From: Candidatus Omnitrophota bacterium
Lineage (GTDB): Bacteria; Omnitrophota; Gorgyraeia; Zapsychrales; Fredricksoniimonadaceae
Length of the DNA: 64,000 bases
NCBI GenBank assembly: GCA_016201795.1
Contig: JACQCF010000004.1
Location: 10,117-74,116, forward strand
Reading direction: 5' to 3'
Shown here: one piece after another, positions 36,877-46,668 of the stretch
Position numbering within the stretch: position 1 is the first letter of the stretch
Layout of the letters: each line of letters starts with the position of its first letter
The notes under the pieces: generated by a model
Seen by the model: only the letters and a program-made list of their open reading frames with translations
The model's database searches: none
What the model was told of the DNA's origin: nothing
Position numbers and translations under genes: made by a program

Positions 36877-37476
36877 ATGCTTCTTCGTTGTACTCAAAAA
36901 TTTCTCACCGAGCTTCGCCTTAAGAAAAAAGAGATCGCCGAATCTTGCGGAGTTTTGCATCCGTTGGATGAATGGTATGCGCACATCTTCTTTCTTTATC
37001 CTCGCAGAAAGAGCGCAATCTTTATGCACGCAAAGACAGGGTTTTGTTTCTTCGCCTTTGACCGGACACGGGATCAGTTAAATGACATTAAAGGCCTTTT
37101 TGGTAAATGCCTTGGCCGGGCCCTGTTTGATGAGCATTACCCTGCTTCGGTCATCAAGCTGTTTAATGAGCATCTTGAGAATATTCAAATAGGGCGGACC
37201 ATTGACCGAAAGATCGTGTCCCTGGTTAACCGGCGTCTCTTTGAATTGGGCTGTACTGGCGATTATCATCCTGATGACAGGCGAGTGCATGATGAGTTTC
37301 TTGCGGGACTGGATTTCCGCAGGGAATTGACACTCAAAGATTCTCGTTACCCAATTGAGCGGATGCGGGACCTTTTGGCAGGTCTGGATGAGTTAAGAGG
37401 GGTGGAGATACCTCCAGCGAAAGAGAAACATGAAGTTCTGGAAGCCTTTTTTGAGACGCTCAGGCGGAACAGATAG
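36877..37476 (+). CDS. Hypothetical protein (199 aa), no recognised domain
   Basis: ORF only. Confidence 0.5.
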   Translation: MLLRCTQKFLTELRLKKKEIAESCGVLHPLDEWYAHIFFLYPRRKSAIFMHAKTGFCFFAFDRTRDQLNDIKGLFGKCLGRALFDEHYPASVIKLFNEHLENIQIGRTIDRKIVSLVNRRLFELGCTGDYHPDDRRVHDEFLAGLDFRRELTLKDSRYPIERMRDLLAGLDELRGVEIPPAKEKHEVLEAFFETLRRNR

Positions 37477-37524
37477 ACCAATGTTCCAGTAGGAAGGGGA
37501 TTATGATAAGTAGGGGAATCAATT

Positions 37525-38391
37525 ATGGATTTATTCAATGATTCAAATGAAACAGTACAAAAACTATATGGAAAACAAATTTGTTCGAATTTTCCTGCTT
37601 ATAAAACCTTATGGGATGAATTTATAGGAGAAAGAGAACTAGGTGGAATACTGGAGCCCTATGAGACAGAATTTCCAAACACACCCTCAGAAATAAAAAT
37701 AATATTACAAGAGGAGTACAAACAAATATCCATCGTTCATTATTCTATTTTCTTTAATTTTGCATCAGCTCACGAAGATTTTAATTTAATCCTTAAGGCC
37801 CCAGCTGAGAAAAATGACAAAGAATATTTTTTATATCTAAAATGCATTAATTCGATATATTCCAATTTGGGGAATATATTCGACTTGCTTGAGAGATTAT
37901 TTGCAAATGTATTAACATTAGTCAATAAAAAGGGTAAACAGAAATTCAAAAAATATTTGAAGCTTAAATTAGCTTGGCCAGAGTACCTCCCTTTGGAAGA
38001 GACAATAAAGAAGAAACGAAACATTTTGGCGCATGCTTACTCGGTTATGCCAATGGTTATTCATAAAAATGATATTAAAATTCCTCTCAGCTTGGTAAAT
38101 CCCAAAGGAAATGATAAGACTGTCTCTGAATTATTAGCTGAAGATAAGAAAGAATGGGTGTCTTTACAAAACGTTCTTAAAGAAGATATTGAAAAAATGG
38201 AGAAACTTGTAAATAAAATTGACTTGCTTTTCATAAATGAGCTTCAGGAATTTAAAAGAAAAGGAGGGATTCTCATTAGATACCCTGCCAATTCAACTTC
38301 TTATGGAATGCAAAGTCTTCCTTCTCTTTCAGCAAGACCTGTTTCAACCAGTAGTACTATTATCATTAAACCCTCAGGGTGCCAAACTTAA
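37525..38391 (+). CDS. AT-rich hypothetical protein with HEPN-type Rx4HxY motif (KKRNILAHAY); putative abortive-infection/toxin RNase
   Basis: GC clearly lower than its flanks (about 33% by eye). Motif R-N-I-L-A-H-A-Y at about residue 175 matches the HEPN Rx4-6H(xY) signature. Confidence 0.5.
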   Translation: MDLFNDSNETVQKLYGKQICSNFPAYKTLWDEFIGERELGGILEPYETEFPNTPSEIKIILQEEYKQISIVHYSIFFNFASAHEDFNLILKAPAEKNDKEYFLYLKCINSIYSNLGNIFDLLERLFANVLTLVNKKGKQKFKKYLKLKLAWPEYLPLEETIKKKRNILAHAYSVMPMVIHKNDIKIPLSLVNPKGNDKTVSELLAEDKKEWVSLQNVLKEDIEKMEKLVNKIDLLFINELQEFKRKGGILIRYPANSTSYGMQSLPSLSARPVSTSSTIIIKPSGCQT

Positions 38392-38436
38392 TGTATAAAA
38401 CCAACAATAGTTATATGATATTGATAAATCTAGAGC

Positions 38437-38577
38437 TTGGTGCTGGAGCGCTTGGCCGATGTTAAAACGGTGTCAGATAATTTTTTTAAGCTGGCGGCTC
38501 ATGATTTTGAGGATGCCAGAAAATTGTTAGATACCATCAACACCGACGAAAAGTTATCGAATATTTTTGATATGTAA
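38437..38577 (+). CDS. Possible small ORF (~46 aa, TTG/GTG start), protein-like sequence ...LADVKTVSDNFFKLAAHDFEDARKLLDTINTDEKLSNIFDM
   Basis: Not in the ORF track (short, non-ATG start). Could be a gene remnant. Confidence 0.2.
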   Translation: MVLERLADVKTVSDNFFKLAAHDFEDARKLLDTINTDEKLSNIFDM

Positions 38578-38617
38578 AAAATACAAGGCTTAATTTGACT
38601 TTACATCAAGAAAGTTG

Positions 38618-38645
38618 TTGACAAAATAAATGATTCTGGTAATAT
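38618..38645 (+). promoter_or_regulatory. Sigma70-like promoter TTGACA-N16/17-TAATAT
   Basis: Preceded by TTTACATCAAG at 38600, shared with the 22925 promoter. Confidence 0.45.
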
Positions 38646-38731
38646 CATTCCCAGCAGTCAAGAAACACTGATACCGATTCCCCATCGGTGAAAAGTTTTA
38701 AAAACTTCCCCAAACAATCTTCAGGAAATAC

Positions 38732-39679
38732 ATGCTTAAAAATTTTTCATTTCTGGTATTTATTCTCATAGGGATACTCTCTGGCTGTTTACAGCAAGCA
38801 CCCGAGACCGAACAAGCCCAGGGTGGCGTTAGAGACGACTTGCTTAAAAAATATGACAAAATGGTTTCGGAAAGGCAAAAAGAAATCAACCACCTTGCCA
38901 ATGAAATTAAGCACAACGACCATTCCGCGGACTTATTTTATCGGAAGGCCCTTCTTGAGATAGAAAATAACAATTTACGGGATGCTTTATCGCAATGCTG
39001 GCTTTATAAAGACTCCGCTGGTCATAAAGAAGAGAAGAAAGTCTACGGCCTTTTTTCAGTGTTGCAAGACAGGGCCAAGGGCGTGCGGGAGGATATGAAA
39101 GGTGTCATATTAACTCATCCCGATTGTTTTAAAATCGCGGACACCAGTGAATTAATCGCCTCCTATCAACAAAGGGCCATGTCTTCCTCTTATGATATCG
39201 TCCAGCAGCCTGTCAGGGACTTGAGCAGGGCCATAGAGCTGGGGACAAGGCAGAAAGAAGCTTACCTTTACAGATCCCAGCTTGATACAGAATCGGAACT
39301 GAATGACTACTCCAAAGCGTTAAGTATTACCCCTGATGCCCCAACCTACATTAAAAGAGCCATTTTGTATTATCAAAAAGATGATCGCCTGGTTTATCGC
39401 GACTGCCTGAATGCGATAAATTTAGACCCAGGGTATCCCGATAGCTATGTCTTAAAAGCCCTGGAGGAATGGAATAATTCTGCTTCTTGTTCCAATAGTG
39501 ATCATAGCGTAAGAAAGGCCTGCCAACGGCAAGTGGCTCAAACAATATTAAATGATTTAAAGACAGCGTATGCGTACGATCCAAGTTTTCCTTTATTGAA
39601 AGAGGATATCGAAAGATATAGCAAGTCCTTAGAAGAGGATGACCCCGAAGTCTGGGGATTTAGTTCTGAGAATTATTAG
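38732..39679 (+). CDS. Lipoprotein with TPR-like helical repeats
   Basis: Lipobox LSGC. Repeated helical motifs (YRKALLEIENNNLRDAL, YIKRAILYYQKDD, YVLKALEEWNN). Confidence 0.6.
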   Translation: MLKNFSFLVFILIGILSGCLQQAPETEQAQGGVRDDLLKKYDKMVSERQKEINHLANEIKHNDHSADLFYRKALLEIENNNLRDALSQCWLYKDSAGHKEEKKVYGLFSVLQDRAKGVREDMKGVILTHPDCFKIADTSELIASYQQRAMSSSYDIVQQPVRDLSRAIELGTRQKEAYLYRSQLDTESELNDYSKALSITPDAPTYIKRAILYYQKDDRLVYRDCLNAINLDPGYPDSYVLKALEEWNNSASCSNSDHSVRKACQRQVAQTILNDLKTAYAYDPSFPLLKEDIERYSKSLEEDDPEVWGFSSENY

Positions 39680-39716
39680 AGAAAGAGGTTTGCAGTCTTT
39701 ATAGTTTTTTAACAGA

Positions 39717-39754
39717 AGCTCAATTTCTTTTCACCCATATAAAGAAATTGAACT
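39717..39754. promoter_or_regulatory. 14-bp inverted repeat AGCTCAATTTCTTT-N10-AAAGAAATTGAACT (1 mismatch), candidate operator or oriT-like site
   Basis: Seen directly, 34 nt upstream of the Replic_Relax-like gene. Confidence 0.4.
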
Positions 39755-39787
39755 TGCAAGATGTATTTTTTGTAAAGGTATCCGTTT

Positions 39788-40543
39788 ATGTATACGGTCC
39801 CGCAAAAAATCAAAATCTTGAAGTTCGTGGGTGAACAGGGAATTGTCACCGTTTCCGATGTAGCCCGCCATTTATTAAAGCCCGACAAATTCGCCGCCAT
39901 TCGCATCACCATGCATCAGCTGGGTATTTCCCACATGAAATACCGCCACATTGAGCATGGCGTCTGGTTTATTGACAAGCCGCAATTGTATGAGCTTTTG
40001 ACTTCCTATTTCCCCGGCTATCCCTTGATGGAAGTCATTCCTGTTGCCGACCATCATATCCCGCATTACCTGGAGCTTAATCGAGTCCGTATCACGTTAG
40101 AACAAACCAGTCAAATTATCCTGGATGAATGGTGGTCAGAGTATTACATCCGGGCCCTGCCGGCGTCCTTAAAAGGCGATTTTAACAGTACTAACTATCC
40201 GGATGCCATTTTCTGGCGCAAACGCGCGGATGGCAGCCGTCAGAAGTTCTTCCTTGAATACGAGCGCAGTTTAAAGAACCCCGAGCGTTACATACAGATT
40301 TTCAGGGCCTACATTAAAAGGCAAGACGTTGCCAACCGCAATGTCATCTATTTATGCCATACGCCAGCCATCAGACAAAACCTGATGAGCATAGAACAAC
40401 GACTGGCGCAAACCGGCCAACTGGAAGCGGCTGGCTTGCATTTTCAATTTGTCGATTTAGAGAGTTTCTATAAATCCCATGCACAAAACAAGGAGGTCTT
40501 CGATGAAGTTAGTCAAACAGCTTTACAAAGCGCTGTGGTTTAA
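39788..40543 (+). CDS. Replication-relaxation (Replic_Relax)-family-like protein with N-terminal wHTH
   Basis: N-terminal ...FVGEQGIVTVSDVARHL... then PDAIFWRKRADGSRQKFFLEYERSLKNPERYIQIFRAY block. Heads the T4SS gene set. Confidence 0.45.
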   Translation: MYTVPQKIKILKFVGEQGIVTVSDVARHLLKPDKFAAIRITMHQLGISHMKYRHIEHGVWFIDKPQLYELLTSYFPGYPLMEVIPVADHHIPHYLELNRVRITLEQTSQIILDEWWSEYYIRALPASLKGDFNSTNYPDAIFWRKRADGSRQKFFLEYERSLKNPERYIQIFRAYIKRQDVANRNVIYLCHTPAIRQNLMSIEQRLAQTGQLEAAGLHFQFVDLESFYKSHAQNKEVFDEVSQTALQSAVV

Positions 40544-40802
40544 ATGTTGTTGGCTTATCATGGTTTTTTTATGTTTTACCCATCAATTCGCCTACGCGGA
40601 CTTGATAAGCAGTATGGAGGACCTGCAGATAAAGGTGAGGGTCATCTGTCAGCCTTTGGCGGTTATCTTCCTTATTATAGCCGGCTGGCAGAAGGCCATG
40701 GGCAACAGCCAGATGTTTATCCTGGCTTTGATAGGCACGGTTGTCATGTTTGCAGCGCCCCAGATTGTCAATTTCGTCAGCACTTCCTTTGGAGGATTTT
40801 GA
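40503..40802 (+). CDS. VirB2/TrbC-family conjugative pilin
   Basis: AAGGAGG RBS 7 nt upstream. Signal-like N-terminus plus two hydrophobic helices. ~99 aa. Confidence 0.65.
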   Translation: MKLVKQLYKALWFKCCWLIMVFLCFTHQFAYADLISSMEDLQIKVRVICQPLAVIFLIIAGWQKAMGNSQMFILALIGTVVMFAAPQIVNFVSTSFGGF

Positions 40803-40811
40803 GGATAAGCC

Positions 40812-43577
40812 ATGCGATCTTATTCAGAAAAATGTTTAAGGAATTTACAGGACAGGATGATTGTCTTTGGCTTTGAAGGATGGGACATCTTCATTGTTTT
40901 GGGGACCGCCTTGATTCTGCAAATTTGCAAGGTCACTAACCTTGTCATATGGGTAGTTTGCGTGGCAATGAGCGGTTTCCTTATTTTCATCAAAAGGGGC
41001 AAACCAGCGCATGCGATCGAACATTATCTGGACTGGTTCCTTAAGGATAAACGCTTTAGCGCCTTTGAGCAGAGCTTTGCCCATACGATTAAAGGCCGTG
41101 AGCTCGATATCAAGCTCAATGGCCTGCAGAAGATACTGCCTTACAGTCATTTTGAAGACGGACTTCTTGTCTTTAAAGACGATTCTTTATCCGTTGCCTA
41201 TGAAATCACTTGTCCCACCCTGGATAATCTCTCACCTGAAGAGCTTATTGGCTATTCAGGGAAGATTGAGACTTTCCTTAATGGTTTAAGCGACAGAGCC
41301 ACCTATCAGGTCATTTTTACCCTGGACAGCGATTACAGTAAAGAAATCACCGAACATAAGACCATAAAGACCAATCATCCTTTGATTAAAGCCATGCATG
41401 CTCAGCGTATTGAACGTTTTGAAGCTTTAGGCAAAGAGAAACTCTTCCGGCGCAGGCGTTGTTATTTGCTGGTCAATTTTGCCCAGAAAATCTTGGGATC
41501 AAACCGTTTCAATTATTTTAAGAATGTGAAAAAAATAACCGAGACCCAGGTAGAGGAATCCAAAAAAGATTTCAGGCTGGTGCTGAATAATATAGAGGAA
41601 GGCATCAACGGAGTGGGATTCGCCTTTAAAGCTGTAGGTGAGGTCGAGCTTATGCAGCTCATTTACAAATACCTGAACCCCGACCGCTTAAAGCAAAGTA
41701 TTGAATGTCCAAAGCCAAAAGAAAATGTCTCGTTCGTTAAACAAGTCTGTTGCAGCGACATGAACATAGATGATAAGAAAGGCGAGTACATCCATTTTGG
41801 CGGGTTTTACCACAAGTATATTTCCCTTAAAGTCCTTCCCGAAGCCACATCCCCGGCCATGCTTTCCAGGCTTGATTATTTATCTTTCCCTGAATTTGAC
41901 GTGATAGTCAACTTTGAAGCCCCCGAAAAAGAATGGGGCAGACAAAAAATCGAAAGCATGCGCAAGCGCGAATACGGCAACATGCAGGGTATGTTTGGCA
42001 TTGTCAATAAGGACGCCCAGACAAAAGTCGGCCAATACGAATATCTCCTTGAGGAAATCCAGCAAAGCAGTCAAAAGCTGTTTCGCGCGCAATTAACCGT
42101 CCACGTTTACGCCGAAGAATATGAGGAAGTCAAAAAGAAAACAGCGGAAGTCATCCGGTTGTTTTCTTCTCTTAACGGCACGGAAATGCACGATGAACGC
42201 TGGGGCTCTGTGAAACCTATTTTTATCAGCTGCCTGCCAGGCTGGACCAGGGAATCATCCCGCTGGATATTACTCAAATCCGCTCATCTGGCGGATTTCA
42301 TGCCGTTTTTTTCTGAATTTAAAGGAAGCGGAAAAGCCGAGTGTTTATTTTATAACACCACTCACGGCCTGGCTTCCTATGATCCTTTTTGCGAAGAGCT
42401 TTCCGCCTTTAATACCGTCGTTGTGGGGGCTACCGGTTCAGGCAAAAGCTTTACCATTAACCAGCTTATTAATCAATACAGCAAGAACGATCCTGTTGAA
42501 ATATTCATCGATATCGGCGGTTCCTACAAACGCCAGGTCATCTTAAAAGGCGGGGAATATATAGACCTGGGGTTAAAAGAAAAATTCACCATCAATCTTT
42601 TCGACTTATCTTCTGGCAAAAAGTTATCCGATTTTAGCGAAGAAGAACAAAATGAGATTCTCATCATCAAAACCAAAACCATCGAACAGATGATGGGCGG
42701 GGTGGCCCGCTTTAACGGCTCTGACCAGATCGTTGAAGATTATATCTTTCGTTCCATTCAAAGGCTGTATCGAACAGTTGATTACCCAATCCTTCGGGAT
42801 TTAAAAGATGCTTTAAAAGCCACGGCCGAGGCCCATAAAATCCTGGCACCCTTTTATGAGCAGGTTGTTGGGCTTTTAGGGAATTGGTTTGCCGGCGGAC
42901 AGTATGGCCATTACACGGATGGCAAATCGACCATTTCTCTGGATAAAAACGTTATTTGTTTTGACCTAAAAGGCCTTGAGAAGTTTGAACGCCTGCAGGC
43001 GGCCATGCTCACTATCGTCACTAATTTCGTCTGGGGCAAGATCATGAGCGAGCCGGGACGGCGCAAGTTCGTCATCTTCGATGAATGCTGGAAGCTTCTT
43101 TCCACCCCTGAATCCGCAAGGTTTATTGCGGAGTGTTACAGGACGTTTCGTAAATACGGGGCCGCGGCCATATCCGTGACCCAGTCCTTGAATGACTTTT
43201 TATCCGGCGGCCTGGAACATGCCATTTTAGGCAATTCCAATACCCGCTTTATCCTGCGACAAAACTCCACCCCGGCCGTTAAGTCAATCGTTGAGTATTT
43301 CAATTTCAACGAACAGGAACGGCGCCTTATCGAGTCTTTGCGTATTCAAAAAGGCGAGTACTCGGAAGTGTTCTTTTCGCAGTCGAAACAGTTACAGCAT
43401 ATCAGCGCCAAGATGGTCATCTGCCCTACCCCCATCGAATACTGGGTGGCCACAACAGACGCCATGGACTTGAATTATTACGAAAAAACAAAGATGGAAA
43501 ACCCGAAAGCAGACATGTACGGGGTTTTAAAACAATGCGCCAAGAATTATCCGCGCGGGATTGGTTACCAAAAGTAA
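40812..43577 (+). CDS. VirB3-VirB4 fusion conjugative ATPase (TrbE-like)
   Basis: N-terminal 2-TM VirB3-like segment. Walker A VVGATGSGKSF. Walker B FVIFDECWKLL. 921 aa. Confidence 0.9.
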   Translation: MRSYSEKCLRNLQDRMIVFGFEGWDIFIVLGTALILQICKVTNLVIWVVCVAMSGFLIFIKRGKPAHAIEHYLDWFLKDKRFSAFEQSFAHTIKGRELDIKLNGLQKILPYSHFEDGLLVFKDDSLSVAYEITCPTLDNLSPEELIGYSGKIETFLNGLSDRATYQVIFTLDSDYSKEITEHKTIKTNHPLIKAMHAQRIERFEALGKEKLFRRRRCYLLVNFAQKILGSNRFNYFKNVKKITETQVEESKKDFRLVLNNIEEGINGVGFAFKAVGEVELMQLIYKYLNPDRLKQSIECPKPKENVSFVKQVCCSDMNIDDKKGEYIHFGGFYHKYISLKVLPEATSPAMLSRLDYLSFPEFDVIVNFEAPEKEWGRQKIESMRKREYGNMQGMFGIVNKDAQTKVGQYEYLLEEIQQSSQKLFRAQLTVHVYAEEYEEVKKKTAEVIRLFSSLNGTEMHDERWGSVKPIFISCLPGWTRESSRWILLKSAHLADFMPFFSEFKGSGKAECLFYNTTHGLASYDPFCEELSAFNTVVVGATGSGKSFTINQLINQYSKNDPVEIFIDIGGSYKRQVILKGGEYIDLGLKEKFTINLFDLSSGKKLSDFSEEEQNEILIIKTKTIEQMMGGVARFNGSDQIVEDYIFRSIQRLYRTVDYPILRDLKDALKATAEAHKILAPFYEQVVGLLGNWFAGGQYGHYTDGKSTISLDKNVICFDLKGLEKFERLQAAMLTIVTNFVWGKIMSEPGRRKFVIFDECWKLLSTPESARFIAECYRTFRKYGAAAISVTQSLNDFLSGGLEHAILGNSNTRFILRQNSTPAVKSIVEYFNFNEQERRLIESLRIQKGEYSEVFFSQSKQLQHISAKMVICPTPIEYWVATTDAMDLNYYEKTKMENPKADMYGVLKQCAKNYPRGIGYQK

Positions 43578-43605
43578 ACAATCCAAAAAATGAAAGGGGA
43601 ATCAC

Positions 43606-43992
43606 ATGAGTCTCAACACCGTTAACATCATGGGCAATCTCACACGCAAACCTGAAATCAAACAAACGCCTTCGGGAAAGGCCGTATGCAGTCTTTCCCT
43701 GGCCAACAATCGCACGTACCTGAAAAACGACGAAAAAGTCAATGAGGTTTCCTATTTCGATGTGGAAGCCTGGGGAACGCCCGCGGAAAACTGCTCTAAA
43801 TATTTAGCCAAAGGAAGCGGCATTGTTGTGCAGGGCCGCCTGGTCCAGGACCGCTGGGAGAAAGACGGCAAAACCCACAGCCGGGTCAAGATAGTGGCAA
43901 GCGCCATTCATTTTCTGCCTAAAAAACGAACCAACCCAGCGGAACCTGAGGCGCCTGTGGAAGAGGTTTATGAAGAAGTGCCCTTGGATTAG
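43606..43992 (+). CDS. ssb: Single-stranded DNA-binding protein
   Basis: OB-fold signature NIMGNLTRKPEIKQTPSGKAVCSLSLA...SYFDVEAWG...VVQGRL. Acidic C-terminal tail. Confidence 0.85.
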   Translation: MSLNTVNIMGNLTRKPEIKQTPSGKAVCSLSLANNRTYLKNDEKVNEVSYFDVEAWGTPAENCSKYLAKGSGIVVQGRLVQDRWEKDGKTHSRVKIVASAIHFLPKKRTNPAEPEAPVEEVYEEVPLD

Positions 43993-44006
43993 GAAAGGAA
44001 GTTTTT

Positions 44007-44408
44007 ATGATGGACAAATATATTTGCTCAGTCGGTTTGGTATGTTTGTTGACTGGCTGCAGCCTGCGCCAGGCCGGATACACAGCGGCAGGCGCGGCTG
44101 CGGGCGGAGGGATCGGCTATTCCATACACCATGATGCTAAAAGCGCCGTCTTGGGCGGTTTAGGCGGGGCATTGGCCGGTAATCTGGCCGGTCAATGGCA
44201 GGATAAAGCTGCAAATGCCAAGCATGATAAGAATTACCAGGAAGGCTATACCCAGGCCAAGGTGGACATGGCCAATAAAAATTGGGACCAGAACACGGGC
44301 AAAGGCATGGAACCCAGAAAGAAACTCGTCAGCATCATGGTACCCAAACGCGAGGAAAACGGCGTTATTTACGACCAAAAGGAAATCACCCTGGAGGACT
44401 ACCAATGA
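44007..44408 (+). CDS. Glycine-zipper lipoprotein
   Basis: Lipobox LTGC. GxxxG-rich segment GAAAGGGIGY...GGLGGALAGNLAG. Confidence 0.55.
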   Translation: MMDKYICSVGLVCLLTGCSLRQAGYTAAGAAAGGGIGYSIHHDAKSAVLGGLGGALAGNLAGQWQDKAANAKHDKNYQEGYTQAKVDMANKNWDQNTGKGMEPRKKLVSIMVPKREENGVIYDQKEITLEDYQ

Positions 44409-45151
44409 AAAAGATATTTATCATAACTCTATTGACCATTCTCAGCTTTACTCATTCTGCCACAGCTATGGCTTTTACCGATCCAGCCGTTTTAGCGGCT
44501 ATTTTACAGCAGACCGCGACCCAAACCGCCGAGCATTTGAGCCGATTGGCCCAGGCTATTCAAACGGTCCAAACTCTGCAACAACAGTTAAGCAGTACTC
44601 AAGGTATTTTGCAATTGGCCCAAAACAACGCCCAAGGAGTGGATGGATTGCAAACGATGGGGGATTTTCGCAATGTCATGCTGTCAAACAACAGTATTAT
44701 CCAAAGCATTCAATCTGATATTAACGCATCCGGTGATTTATCCGGGCAGTGGAAGAATTTATTCGGCACGTTAGACCCGTGGATTCAAAACTCAAATACG
44801 GCTTTTGCCAATATCGACGCTTCCGACAAAATGAACTCTGGCAGTTATCTGGTGGGGGACAGTTATCAGCGTTTCTATGAACAAAATGCAGGTACAGTCA
44901 GTCAATTTATGGCTAACGCCCAAGAGGTTAGCGAAAAGGGCGCTTTAAAGCAGATTGCTGTTGAGACCGCCCAGCTTATCCAGATGGAAAACAATGTGAT
45001 TTATCTTTTGTCCCAATTATTGAAAAACCAAAGCATTGAGGCTTCCAACCAGAATCTAAAGCGCAAGGAAGAAGCCATTCAGCTGCAGCAGGAGAACCAG
45101 GGGATACGCAGCTTTATGAGCATTGTGGATGATAAAACCTTCGGAGTTTAA
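44405..45151 (+). CDS. VirB5/TrbJ-like secreted coiled-coil protein
   Basis: Signal peptide MKKIFIITLLTILSFTHSATA, then Q/L-rich coiled coil. ATGA overlap with the upstream gene. Confidence 0.55.
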   Translation: MKKIFIITLLTILSFTHSATAMAFTDPAVLAAILQQTATQTAEHLSRLAQAIQTVQTLQQQLSSTQGILQLAQNNAQGVDGLQTMGDFRNVMLSNNSIIQSIQSDINASGDLSGQWKNLFGTLDPWIQNSNTAFANIDASDKMNSGSYLVGDSYQRFYEQNAGTVSQFMANAQEVSEKGALKQIAVETAQLIQMENNVIYLLSQLLKNQSIEASNQNLKRKEEAIQLQQENQGIRSFMSIVDDKTFGV

Positions 45152-45154
45152 TTT

Positions 45155-46066
45155 ATGGACTTAGTCCTATCCGTCGTTAAAACAGATTTAGCCAATGCCT
45201 TGAATGCAGGCCGGTATATGCTTGCGTCTTTATTCATGCTGGCGGTCTTTGTCCGTTATGCGGGCATTTTAAGCCATCATGTCTCCTGGGCGGATGTTAT
45301 TGTACGGCTGGTTGTTGGCTTTGTGCTTTTACAAAACTACACCTGGATCATGGATACCACTCGAAACATCGTTGCCGGTGTGGATCAAACGATTAACCCA
45401 CAGCAAGACTTTGTCAGTCAATACGCCAGCATGAGCCAGACCATGCAGACCAAAAATGAAAACACCACCAATCAAAGCATCCTTGGCCAGATAGCCAATG
45501 CCACAGTGAATTTCTTCCGGTATACCCTGCGCAATCTGGTTATTAACCTTTCTTTTATCTTTTATGCGCTTGTTTCCAAGATCATGGAAGCGGTTAGATA
45601 TTCCATGGCCGCGATCTTATATAAGACGGGACCGGTCATCATTCCGCTGGTTCTATTCGAGTCAACGGGCAGGGTGGTCAAGGGCTGGTTTACCAGTTAC
45701 GTATCTGTTCTTTGCTGGCCCATTCTCTGGCATATTGTCCTGTCCATTGCCGTTGCTATCGGCAGTCAGATTATGACCAATGGAGGCCTGGAACAATTCG
45801 CCGCTTTAAATTTCGCCGTTTGTTTTGTGCTTGTTTTCTCGCCGTTTATTATTAACAGCTTTGTGTCAGGTGTCGGCGCCGGTTCCTCGGCGGGTCTGGC
45901 AGGTCTTATGTCATCCAGCGCAACGACTAACTTACTAAACCAAACAGGCCTGGCGGGTTTTAAGACTGCTACGGGTTTTATTGACGATAGATTTATGAAA
46001 AATCCCACCACTTCGTCGGGCAAGTTTAAAGACACTATGTTAGGCGATAATAATTCAGGAGGATAG
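45155..46066 (+). CDS. VirB6/TrbL-like polytopic membrane protein
   Basis: Multiple TM helices. Position between B5 and B8. Confidence 0.6.
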   Translation: MDLVLSVVKTDLANALNAGRYMLASLFMLAVFVRYAGILSHHVSWADVIVRLVVGFVLLQNYTWIMDTTRNIVAGVDQTINPQQDFVSQYASMSQTMQTKNENTTNQSILGQIANATVNFFRYTLRNLVINLSFIFYALVSKIMEAVRYSMAAILYKTGPVIIPLVLFESTGRVVKGWFTSYVSVLCWPILWHIVLSIAVAIGSQIMTNGGLEQFAALNFAVCFVLVFSPFIINSFVSGVGAGSSAGLAGLMSSSATTNLLNQTGLAGFKTATGFIDDRFMKNPTTSSGKFKDTMLGDNNSGG

Positions 46067-46068
46067 AT

Positions 46069-46668
46069 GTGAGCGAACTGGCGTTTAATCGCGTGATTTT
46101 GGAGAACAATAACCGGATTTTGATGGTCTTATCCGTTATGTCATTGGTGCTTAACTTTGTTTTAGTGCTGGGAATAATCCGAATCGGTCAAAAGGCGCCT
46201 TTAGTCGTTTATGCCCAGGAGGGCCAGGTGTCCGTCTTGAAAACAAAGTCTTTGCAAGTCGATGAAGCCTTGTTAAGCGACTTTGCTAAATTTATTCTTG
46301 GTCAATATCTGTCCTTTACGGTCGATTCCTTACCAAAGCAGATTGAGGGTATAAAACCATACTTAGCCATTAAACCAGCTGAGGACATTCTTGCCTCTTT
46401 TAAAAACAATCAGGCTGCCATTGAAAAGAACAACATATCCCAGCAATTTGTCATTGATAGCATCACCATTACTAAAAAGAACAGTCCGTTTTGGGTGGAA
46501 GTCCAAGGTGTGCGAAATATCCATGCCGCAGGTAGGGATAAAAATATGCCTATGACCTACGTTGTGGAGGTTAAAAAGGTTAAATCAACAGAAAATAATC
46601 CCTACGGCTTTCTCATGACGGACATTATCGAGAAAGATAAACTCAATCAAAAAGGACAAAAACCATGA
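46069..46668 (+). CDS. VirB8-like bitopic protein
   Basis: GTG start after AGGAGGA. N-terminal TM then a ~150-aa periplasmic domain. Confidence 0.6.
   Translation: MSELAFNRVILENNNRILMVLSVMSLVLNFVLVLGIIRIGQKAPLVVYAQEGQVSVLKTKSLQVDEALLSDFAKFILGQYLSFTVDSLPKQIEGIKPYLAIKPAEDILASFKNNQAAIEKNNISQQFVIDSITITKKNSPFWVEVQGVRNIHAAGRDKNMPMTYVVEVKKVKSTENNPYGFLMTDIIEKDKLNQKGQKP

Noticed and set aside
40544-40876. 110-aa + strand ORF overlapping the virB2-like pilin in another frame
   Set aside because: No RBS or recognisable features; the pilin frame has a strong RBS and a typical VirB2/TrbC profile.
44215-44718. 167-aa ORF overlapping the glycine-zipper lipoprotein and trbJ-like gene
   Set aside because: Alternative-frame artefact. 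Highly basic Arg-rich translation typical of out-of-frame reading.
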